Positions 36,201-48,200 of a DNA stretch of 64,000 nucleotides are shown here, piece after piece (positions within the stretch are counted from its first letter, which is position 1; each line of letters starts with the position of its first letter). Source of the stretch: Phoronis australis (lineage: Eukaryota; Animalia; Phoronida). The stretch is from assembly GCA_002633005.1 (NCBI GenBank), contig NMRA01000132.1, forward strand, positions 310,001 through 374,000. The letters run 5' to 3'. The notes under the pieces are model-generated. The model had not been told where the DNA came from. It saw only the letters and a program-made list of their open reading frames with translations, and made no database searches. A program made the translations under genes and the position numbers.

Positions 36201-39200
36201 TGGCAGGGTGAAGGAGACTGAGTTGAGAAAATAGGAATACCTATTAAATCTCATTTTCGTAAAGATCCTGTTTTAAAGTTACAACAACGCGTGTGAAGCA
36301 AAAAGTGCTCTTCTACGCCCCGTGCAGCTTTACTGGAACAATTGTATCTTGTGTAATATGGTGGAATCATTTAAACTACAGGTTAATTTCCTTGTAGTTC
36401 GGTTCTTCACAAACAAAAATGTTCTCCCCTGACTCTACAAAAATACATAAGCTAACAATATCATCAACATTCACAACTTCAAATTCATCAGTTTTCTTTA
36501 CAGTGTGAATGTGGGTGACCTTTAAAGCAAGAAAATTATCTACACCTTGGAGAAAGTAACATTCTGACTCCTCTAATCTATTTATACAGGCAACTGTGAC
36601 TTCATTCTTGTTTTTCTCCTGGGCATACCAACACACAAAGCCAAACTTCATTTGAGACTTATTATTGATGTACTTTACTGTGTAAGAATTTCTAAGAAGA
36701 ACTCTTGAGTAGTCCTTTGATTGATAAATCCTACCCCGAAGTCTGATTCTGTTGAAAAAAATCAACTGCGGAACATTGTGACCAAATGTGAAAATTACAT
36801 CTGCGTACAATTCGTCAGAAATACGTTTTTGATACCCTTTTCCAAGAGTCCTTAAAACTGACTGGGATTCACCATGACATTTTGACCATTCTGGTTTCAA
36901 GCTGTGGATGAAAGATGAGACAGAAGAGCACTGTGGTAGAGTTTCCAATAAGTAGGGCAGTCTTTGTGTAACATGAATAGCATTGATCATCTGTAAGTCT
37001 ACGAACTGAGTACCATGAAAAAACTTCTTAAGATCTCCATTTGCATTTTCAAAAGGGAAGCAAGAATGAGCCCATAAGGGTCCTAGGTTTCGTACACATT
37101 CTGACAAATGCACCAAAGAATGTATATTCAAGGTGATAAATCTACTATCATATAACTTATCAAACATGTACACAAAATAACAGAGCATTCTATGAGCAGA
37201 AGCTAAGTCAGATTGTGCAATGCTGTCTTTCGATAATGAAAAAATTGCTTCAACAAATGTACAATAATGGTAGAAGTATACTGGGGCCATGATATCTGAT
37301 AAAATTGGAATTGAATAAAAAAGGAGCCATGATCGAAGCTCTGCTGCCTTCCAGTACTTAAAATGTTCAGAAATTGATCTTGGTAAGCGTGAAATAGTGC
37401 ACGTTGGCTTTATTTTAGATAACCTATCATCAACAAGATTGACGTGCTTATATAGTGAGAAGTTCAAACTCATATGACTTGGAGAAAACCATAAGCCAAT
37501 AAACAATTTTGAAATACCAAGTAAGGCACCATGCATATAATCAATGCTAACCTGCGAAAATGTGGAAAAGCTAGTAAGAGAGTTTAAAAATGATGGACCC
37601 TTTATGCCATTGTATGTTTTCTTTGTTTCAAATGCCAGTTTAGTAGCCTCCTCTATAGATTGTTTGGTACGTTGAGGACCATCAGGACAGTTTGGATTAT
37701 ACGGAAATATCCTGACATTACCACCTTTTTTAGTTCGAAAATTTTCACCTGGCTGAAGACAATAAGTACAAGAATGCTGTCCATTGAACTGTACCATGTT
37801 TAAAATGCTACTTCTGGCTGGCAAGTCAGCCGTTATACAAAGCAGAAAGGCTCGGATTGTGTAGGTCTCGTTATTTATGTTCAATCTAATGCCTTCATCT
37901 TCCAAATTCATCAATTTTTTCCTCAACTGCTTTGCAAAAATATTGAAACAAGGTTTTGTGTTACTATACCACATACCTGCCAAGATCATATTCGCCTTCT
38001 TGAATCTCATATTGTAGGGCAATTCATTGATGACCAAATAAATTGGCCAGACTGATTTCTTAGAGCTTTTAAACACTGCTACACCATCTGTGTTTAATGT
38101 AAAGCTAATATTGTAAGGATACTTCTGTGACAGTGGTCCATCATTCACACAATACTGTTGATAAACTGAACCATCTACAATATCTTCAATATTACCAGTG
38201 ACATTCCTGTTAAACCTGCTAAGTAAACTTGCTACAAAGTCACCTCGTTCAAAAAACATTTCTAGTTGTTTATCTAATGGTATTTCTATAAAGTAATCTA
38301 AACTACCAGGTTGTTTGAGATTTTTGCCACATTTTACATTGCTACAAATTGCCTCATCATCTTCAACAACTTGCATGCAAAAGGTACAGTACATGTGCTT
38401 CACAAGAGGTGATTTGCAAGAACTAAAATACTTCCTAAATCTGTACAAACTAGTGTAAGCAGCATTGTTAGAGGAAATATGTAAAGCTATCAAAGACAGA
38501 AGAGAGGCAAGTTGCACTCCAGTGATGTTGTATGTGGTTGCATACAGCCATATCATTAAAAGGCTATTATGAACGCTTAAATTGTGACCACTGGACACAA
38601 ACTCTTCATTTTCATTTTCCATTTCTTCTCTAGTTTCCCAACATTCAGCACAGTCATCATCAAACTGTGCATCATCTTCACAAGTTTCAGTTGCCCCGAA
38701 AATCTCGTGAAACCAATCATTGGGTGTGTATGCTACTTCATCATCCATCGATACCTCTGCATCATTTAGTTCAGTATGTGTGTTTAGCAATTGTTCACTT
38801 TCACAAACGTCACAAGAAGTGGCACCAACATCATAACCCTGTGCAGACTCTGGTGAAGTAGGTTCATGACAAGTTGTTCTACTATACTTGGATGGACGGA
38901 CATGACCAAGGCAATTTACTCTTTTGTCACCTGGCATTGTACCTATAAGTTACCAAAAACTGTATGCAAGGGTAATCTCAAACAACAACCAAAACATGTT
39001 TAAGATACCTTTTGTCGAACATATTGGAGATACAACCAGATACCAGAAAATAGCCTGGATTTCCCGTCAAAATCCTCTTCAGAACAATTAAATCATAGTA
39101 CAGGTGTTATTTTTAGACTACTGGACAATTAGCCTCACCAATGGAGTTGGAAATACAACTTTTATATTAGAGTTCAGGCGAGAAGCTGTGCTGGTAGTAT

Positions 39201-42200
39201 ACACAATTCATGTACTACAAAACTTACAAAATGTCGGTCATTTTAAAAATGAGGCTGGAGCAGGTTTCGGACCCCATACAGACAGATTGCCAACTCTACA
39301 TTAAGTTCGCGGGGTTTTATAAATCGAAGAAAATGCATCCAAAGGAAGATTCCAAAATGTGGAGGACATACCAGAACACTTCAACAAGTAGAGTTTACCA
39401 AGAAAGTGGCAAGAATTAGATGAATCACATACATATGGCATGCTCGCCACACTGCAATTAACGCAGTAATTGTACTCACTGTGCTCAGACTATAATCATT
39501 AAAATAATTCCAACTTTCTGACCCGTTATGTAGTACTGAGGTCTCAGACAACAATACAGGTGCCACAGACAGACGATGTGACCATCTCTACCAGTGGAGA
39601 CAGATGCTTCCACAGGGCCTTCATACGACGGAAGCTTTCCAGCGAAGTTTGTCTCATGTTGGGAGGATATCAACATGCCTTTAATTACTTCCAACACGAA
39701 CAAATACCACCTGTAATTAAACTTTTTTGACCCATCTTTTGATCAGTTGCCCAAATTGGCTAATAGTCATTTTTAAACTGCTCACGCCGGAGACACAAAG
39801 TCATATCGATGGCCTATTATGTGCAACAGGTGATACTTTATATTTTGACTTTGATGGAACTGATGGCTTAATCAGTGAGACATAATTTGCCGAAAACCTT
39901 ACAGGGTGTGAAGGCCCTATGGGAGCATCGCCATCTCTATACTGCTAAGTAGAGACAGCGGAAGGTGGCATTGCCCGCTACACAGTCTCAACAGGCAGTG
40001 CACAGGAAGGGTAAAGTTCAGTAATGATTAGTAATGGCCGTTCTCACGTGAGAAAAATCTAGCCAAATTCATGTACTAACTTAAAATACACGACAATACC
40101 TCGTGATATCTTGCTTTTCTAGCGAGGCCCTAACATTATTGAACTCTACCCAGCATTGTGACTACTACTAGTAATTACCTATAGTAGCTGCTTTCACCTT
40201 CGTTCGGCTAATTCGGTCGGAGGAACACGGACACGACAGAAAACTTTCACACAAGTGAAATGAGACGGGTACTCAATAAGCACTTCAAGCGTACGCACTT
40301 CTCCGTTAACAAATAGTTTGAAAAAATTAAGTTTTAGTTAGTTTAATTACCCGCATAAATGCCTAAGAAGAAAACACGTTCAGATTTTACTGAAGACTGA
40401 GGACTGAAGTACGCGCCATTTTCACGACATATCCTCTTCCGGGTAATACTCTCGACAACAGATCGCCCGCAATAGGTTTAATTGAACTTTTTAAACGATA
40501 AATTGACTTTTATGAAATATTTAACACCGCCATTAAATCAAAAAACGTACAGTTACGTAAAATTGGTGAACAAGTTTCCACAAATAATTGTTTTTTTACC
40601 TTGGCTAGGACAAGTTTACGAGAGTATTTTTGTTCAAATCGTCTGGTTCAGATTGGCGCCAATTTGGGACGACTTTCAAACCGCCGGTCACTGCTTGTAT
40701 TTTCGGAACTGTTATTTCCTTATAATTACTCACCATGTCACGCAATCAGAAGAGCACTGTCAAATCTGATGAAGGTAAGTAAACCATTTGAATATTATGA
40801 ACTAAGGACATTTGATAAAATGGTTATGTTACACATTTTCTACAAACGCCGGTTGGCAAGCCGTAGGAATGGCGTATTTAACCACAGACACAGGCCTACA
40901 TTTCTGCCTTGTAGGCCTTACTAATAAGACCGACACTTTGACCTGCATAGTTGTAGTACTTGGCCGAATAATAATCTGTAAGAAGGCTTACTGCTAGATT
41001 TTTATAGTTAGTCTCTGATTGTTTCAAAATATCGTGACAAATGCCAACTGACTGAAATCAATATAGCTTAATTAGCCCACAGCCACAGGGCCTAGCTGCT
41101 ACCCTGAAAAAAGTTGGTAGGCCTATTTAAATTGTCACTTTTGCGAGCAGGTGTGAAAGTAAACTCAATTAGCAATGCTTTGAGCATTTTGTTATACCCA
41201 AAGTGCATGATTAGAGAGTCATCTATATATACTCAGACACAAGGCTGGTCTCTTGCAAGCATAGCTATATATCCCTGCAGGGATAAGGGTCGTGCTGCAT
41301 GCGTGCACGGATGATTGCTTCAAGGCAAGTGTTACCAAGTTTGGAGCTCCTCATTCACTATATATTGCCATCCCAGAAAATAATTGAACCTGCACATATT
41401 TTTATACCTGTTTGTATCTATAACAAACTCATATAAATGGAACTAATTTCAATGGATGCGTATGTTTCAGTTGTATGGATAGTTGTTCGATTTGTTTGTG
41501 ATGGTCATGTTCCTTGGCCTCATATGTTGCACAAAGTGGAGAGCCTCGATGGTCGGGATGGTGTTGAAGCTAACCTAGAGGAGGGAGACAAGTGTGTCGC
41601 AATGTGGCATGGGACTGGCTATGAGGCCAAAATTATGTTCAAATCAAGTGAGTGAAGTAGAACATTGAAGTAATTTTGATATTACCTACTAGTATTGAAC
41701 AATTGGTCAGTTATGTTAAAGTTCTAGACTCATCAAAATTTAATGCTGCATCTTAAATGCTTAGTATAGGTTCACATTAGTCAGACATCTGTTTTTTTTT
41801 TCTCTTGATTCGGCATCAAAGCATTTTGGCTAAAGGTGAGAGTGTCACTTTGTACCAACTTGAAGACTATTTGAACCAAATTTTGTAGGAGCAGGAGAGA
41901 AAGATGAAGCTCTAAAAGAGCATCAGAAGATTGCCGCCATGTATAATAAAGGGAAATCTGGTAAGGACAACTTTACCTGGATGATTTGCAGTATTTGGAA
42001 TAACTCAAATGGAACAAAAAATTAGCAATTAAATGTTAGTTGATAACATCAGTTCTTGGCCAAAGTATTATCAAAAAAAACTGAAAAACCAGTGCAGCTA
42101 CTGTATTTCAAAAACATAATGCATGGATGTACATGTGATGTGTTATGGCAGTAATACCTAAAGGCATTGTTCTTGTCACCAAATCTACGTCTGTATATTT

Positions 42201-45200
42201 ATGACTTAAAGTTTGGTTATCTGCATAGCTACAGACCAAGTGTGACCGACATATAACAACTAACTTAAAAATCTTACAAGCACCCGCAACACTTCTCTTA
42301 TCTGTGCATTGTGTAGTTCTACAAGTCAGAACCTTGAATGGCACTTTCAGTAAAACCTGTTTAGTCAACTTTTATGTAAATAGTTTGAACTAATGCATTG
42401 GTGTTTTCCGCATTACTTCAATCTTTTTAAATTTTACGTCATGAAATTAAATGTTTTTATTTATGATATATCAACTCAAATGAACCCGTTTCTTCTATAG
42501 TTTTTGGTTGAAATCTGGCAAAAGATGGCGTGGACACACGTTTTTTTAATTTCTTGATTTGTTGAGTGTTATCTCCGACATAACTTGATGGATATTTTGG
42601 AAATTAGGTAAACAGATAGATCTCTATGTTTTTTATTCACTTTGTTGTTTAAGTGTCAAAGAAAAAAGACACCAAGAAGAAACAAACTAATAGTGATGAG
42701 GGTGTTGGAGATGAGGGTGACGACGGAAAAGGTGAACCTAAGAGTGAGTAAACACATGAGGCGTTTATCTTAAATGATACTGCTCAATGCCAGTTCATAT
42801 GTAATTGAAGTGAACAACTTGTATGGGATGTTCCACAACTACCTTCTATTGTAGTAAACAGTTCTTACATGTGGTTTCATTTAGAAAACAAATAAAATGG
42901 GAAATTTTCCACCTCTTAAGTTCATTGCAATTCTGTGACTAGAGCTTGTTACTTTTTACCTTAAGTGTATTCATATTTTCTCAAATTACAGGTAAAAAGA
43001 TGAAGAAAAACCATGGAGCTGAACAAAGTAAGTTATCCACAGATGCAGTATACAAATTGAAATGGTACTTTCGATTGTGGGTTTCTTTATGAGTGTTTTA
43101 CTCACATTTACTGAAGTTTTAACAAACTATTTAAATTTTCATCATATTAAGCAACGAAAAAGCTTTGCACGTCAAAACATAAAACAAATTAGTGGTTCTC
43201 AAAGGGGGCTGCACGTCGTTTTAAAGTTTCAAATTCTACCAATAGAAAGAAATGAAATAGTTTAAAGAATATTAGATTATGTTCGTTTCGGCGAAAAATC
43301 TTGAATGATGCTAATTGCCAGATAGATCCTAGTGATCATTGTACTTTCAGTTGCCAAACAGAAGAAGAAGAGGGTGGAAGCCACTGCTGAAGCAGCACAT
43401 CAAGCTGCTGCTGAGCTTTTTGCTCCCTTTGCTCCTGAGGCAGTTGCTGTGGAGTGTGGTGATTCACCACAGTCCTCTTCTTTACTGGTTCTGGAATCTG
43501 CTCCTTCCTGCCGTCCCCGTTCATGTTCGCAAACCAAGGCTCTTCCCTCATTTCCATCCACCTCGTCTTGTCTACCTCCCTCCATACGCGGCTCTGCTTC
43601 TTATCCCCCCTCTTCTGTGACTGCACCTACTCCTTGCTCCCAGCCTGTGACCTCCCCTGCTTCTTATGCTCCATGTGTGACCACCCCTACTCCTCACACC
43701 TCACCTATGACTGCCCCTGCTTGCTCTTACCCCCCTCTAGTAGCCACCTCTGGTACTTATTCCCCTCATACGGCTGCTTCTTATTCTTCACCTGTGACCA
43801 CCCCTACTCCTCATGCCTCACCTATGACTACCGCTGCTTGCTCTTACCCCCCTCTAGTAGCCACCCCTGATACTTATGCCCCTCATACGGCTGCTACGTG
43901 TGCACCTGTGACCTCCCCTGCTCCTTATGCCCCTCTTGTGAGCTCTACCTCTGTGTGCGCCCCTGTTCCTAGGTTTTCACCACCGTCTTGTCCCCCCTTG
44001 AATACCACCACTTTTGCACCTGCCCTTACTAACCCCCCTACACCCTCAGGAACGTCATCGCATCAGATATCTCCTACTTCCAACCCTCCATCTGCATCTT
44101 ATAGTTTCTTAGATCCCCTACAAAATTCTTGTCCATCCTGCTTTCTTAAGGATGAGCAGATCGCAGCTTTAACCCACAGGTTAAAAGCTGCTGAATATGA
44201 CCTGAAGGTGGCTAGAGGTAATGTATAGAATTGAGTAAAGTATTGCATGATGATGTTGGAGACTGACAAGCATGACTTGTTTGTCAGAACATTTCAAGGT
44301 AAGGAACTTTGGAATCCTCTTATGTGTGCTAAACAACAATGATCAGAATGATTAATACAATTAACTTGCACGAAATGTAGTCTGTTATTCAAACGCAATT
44401 CTTAAGGTTTCAGATGTGTTTCTAATATGTCCTTGCATCTTGATTTAATGAATCAGTAGTTGAGGTCTGTGTTCTGCAAGCCCCACTCACTAATTTACCT
44501 AAGACACCCATGTACCTTGTTCATCTGAGGGAAAAGTACCTGTGCCTTCTGTGAGGGGAATATTGTGGGGTGAGGGGAAAGTTCTACGTCTTGATCATCA
44601 TCAATAGCACCCCCAATCTGTTGCCAAGCCTTCATTGGCTCTGCCTGAAGCCCTCAAGCATCCGAAACTTATATTTTGCACTCTGATGTCACCTGTGTGA
44701 CTTTCAAGTGATTCAAATCTCAAAGAGAATTTTCAATCACTTGAAAGTAATTTTTCGGCCTCATGAGGGGACTCTCGGGTGATTTTTCAATATTTTTCAG
44801 AGGGAAATGGGGCCAATATTTAGCCCTAAAATTGAGGCCCCAAACATCAGTTTTTGAGCAACTGTCTTGCCTAGCCATTAATTCTTCAGTGCATCACGTA
44901 CTATTTGTGAGTTTTGTGTATGAGAAAATTCTGTGAATGCTGTCGCCGCTTTAAGCTTTCCATTTTACATAGCTGCTTTGAGCATACTATAAACCCTCGT
45001 TCTGTCAAACAATTTCGATTTATTTAGACTTACCACCGTGAACTTGTGACAAATTTCAAAACAGTTAAGTGTATGATTTTTAGACAGAAAGTCGGGTTTC
45101 TAGTCGCTTTAGCAAAAGAGATATTTCACTTTAAAAATTGATATTTTCCACTAATGACCTTTTTGACAGGTTTTCAATTGAATTGAAATGGTTTTGAATT

Positions 45201-48200
45201 TGTTTTCAGAAACAAGTGCTCAACAAAAGGAAACTGGCGAAAAGGCAGTTAAATGGGTAAGTTACTTTCAACATAGCCAAGTATCTACAAGACTACTTTT
45301 TAACTCAATAGAGGTACACAAAGTAGAAAGCCTGTAGAATATGGGTTTTGGCTAATATCAATCTGCCATTATTTTGGTCACATTGCTGTCTTTTTAGTAA
45401 CATTTACCAAAAGAGTTGAGTACGTACCTATGAAAACCATGGCATTGATAACATGATTAATTCCATTAAATTTTAAGTGCACAAGATGCAATCTCAAAAA
45501 ATGCATCTTTCTCAAGTATTTCATGTTTGCTTTATGCTGCTGTTTGATTTTTTATGAAAATCATACGTTTTGTTTTTATGGATCCTCATGCACTAGCGGA
45601 ATATTTTAAAAAAAGATCTCACAGGGTGAACGATTCTTATGAATCTGATCAGCCATTTCTGAAATATTTTGAACCAAAGTTATTCAAATTGAGACATTTT
45701 TTGGGTTCTACATAATCTTGATGAGTGAATAATGGAGCTCTTAGTGGTAAGTCTCAGGTTTCGGAAAGAAAATGAATATGACTCGTATATATGTGAATAT
45801 TTGCATTTGTTATACATGGTTAAAATTGTTAAATACGTTTCTCATTCAGATCAACTTGGACCAGGAAAGCTTGCAAGAAGGGTTCCAGCCGTTACACCCT
45901 GGGAGCTCAGTGGGGGTGCCTTCTTCTTGGCTAAAAGCCAAGACAGTTCAGTGGAAGAAAAAGGCACCCTCGGCTTTTGTAAAAAAGCTGATGGGCGCCT
46001 TGATCCCTACTGAATTTCAGGGCATATTTGGAGGCACAACTGCCTTGCTTCAAACTGCGTATGGACCACTTGTTACCGCAGTGATAGGTAATTTGGTCTT
46101 TTGCTATTGTATTCATAATTATCACGCCAATGCCAGGAATAATCTGATTGATTTTTGAGTATTGCGTTAAAAATGGATATAATGAATGTCTTCAGGATGT
46201 ACCAAGTTTCGTGCTTTTGTTAGCATCAAAACATTGACATTTTTTTGACATGTCACATGTGCTTGATATTGTAAAAGAGTAATGCTACAAATTATTTGAC
46301 ATCTTATGATAAAATGGGAGGTTCTGCTAAAAATTGTGCCTCTGCGAATGCATTTTCAGCGATAGAAAGATAATTTGTTTTGTGATCGCAAGCATGTTTC
46401 ATAGTGTGATTTAATTTTTCTCATTTACAGGATTTGCTGCCCACCACCTTCAGATGTCCACCGATGAAGCCACAAGGGCCGTCAACGAGAAGATGGCGGG
46501 CAGCCGCAAATCGAAAAAGAAAAATTAGAAATCGAAAAAATTAGATTAATTATCTGTAGCTTTATTTTCAATACATGATTTACTTTTCATGTGTGTTCTT
46601 TTAGTCTCTACCCTAAGGGACAGAGACTAGATATTTTAATATTATGTCCGTTGCTTATGAGACAACTTTCAACTTCCATTTTGTATAGATTGTAGTAGCT
46701 TGTTCACTTGATATCAGCAATGCATGAACACAACTATAGTCATCCAAATCCACCAGACGTGTGCATATTGCTTTAGCCAAGAACCTCACCGAGTGAGATT
46801 TTTGCAAGCACAAATCTAACTGAGTGAGAAAACAGAATCTCACTCAGTGAGAATTTGACAAACAGAAATCTAACTGAGTGAGAAAACAGAATCTCACTCA
46901 GTGAGAATTTGACAAACAGAAATCTCACCCAGTGAGAAAACAGAATCTCACTCAGTGAGAATTTGACAAGCAGAAATCTCACCCAGTGAGAAAACAGAAT
47001 CTCACTCAGTGAGATTTTTAGGACACCAAAATCTCACTCCCAGCTGCACAAATCTAATCACCCAGTTAGAAAATTTACAAATGGAATTCTCACTCAGTGA
47101 GAATTATCAACAAGAAATTCTCACTGAGTGAAGGTTTATGCATATTAGTGAGATTCTCACTGGATTCTAACTAGATTCTAACTAGATTCTAACTGAAGTG
47201 AGAATTTTTTTCTCACTAATTTGAATGGCATCTTAATCAGTTAGATTCTCACTGAAATCTAACTGGAATCCAGTTAGATTCTAACTCACTTTCAGGATGA
47301 GAATTTCTAAGGGCTTTTTCATAAGGGGGCCATCACAACAATATAATATTATGACAGGCTTTGTGATAATTTAGATTTTTAGAATTTGCTTCATCCTTGT
47401 GTTTGACCTATCTGATATCCAGCTTCCAGCTAGAAACCGGACAGTAATGACTGCTTAGTAGGTCTAATGGCCAACTTGTATGTATTTTTGAAATTAATCT
47501 GGGGGCTCCATTAGATTTGTGAAGCTTTGAATGCTTATGTTGTGAATATTAATTTCTATTTCCACAGATCTGGAAATGCTAAATTTAAAAAAAGTTTTCA
47601 TCATGTCATTGGAAGCATGAATAGTAAAAAGTTGATTACAAATAAAATTTAAGTGGTCAAACAAGAGAACTTCTTCGCTTGCTGTCTTTTTGATGCAAAC
47701 TTTGTTTGACCTTACAGGGTGACTATAATGACTTTCTTCAACTGGCAATAAAGGCAAACGAGGAACATCTTTCTAGGAAGGACCCCAATGAATTGAAAGG
47801 TGATTATTGAAGACCATTATATGTGAACCTTTTGTGAACATTGGCGCCATAGTTGCTGTGGTGGCTTCATGATGCAAATTTGTGGGTGGGTGTGGCAGTG
47901 ATGTAAATAATGACAGTTTTGATAGTTGTAACAGTGGTGTAGATAAATGTACTTGTTGTAGTGGTTGCGCTGATAGTGATAAGAGTGAAAAAGTACCAAT
48001 GCTGCATTACAAAATGCAACATTTTTTGTCGCTTGACCCAGCGTATTTCAGTCTCTTATTTGGGCAGTTTTTTTTTAACTAAAATTTTAGGGAGAGTATT
48101 GAAAAGCTCCCAGGAAATGGTGCATGATCATTGTGGCAATGGTACGTGTAGTTATTGTGGTGGTGCTCATGGTGGTGCTCATGGGGGTATTAGTCAGGTA

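Larger units (their letters stand above)
34269..47328. mobile_element. CACTA/En-Spm (CMC superfamily) DNA transposon, ~13.06 kb, apparently full length, in intron 8 of CYP copy B
   Basis: Perfect TIRs CCCCTTATGAAAAAG (34269) and CTTTTTCATAAGGGG (ends 47328), in register with the En/Spm TIR CACTACAAGAAAA. 3-bp TSD GCC (34266-34268, 47329-47331); exact boundary slightly ambiguous because of the C/G runs. Subterminal repeat arrays at both ends. The flanks join to match the empty site in CYP copy A (~5205-5250, reverse complement gccagctcctaacggtccatcacaacaat). Confidence 0.93.

Noticed and set aside
46785-47305. Regularly spaced repeats resembling a CRISPR array (also 34285-34625)
   Set aside because: No unique spacers, eukaryotic context, no cas genes; explained as CACTA subterminal repeats.
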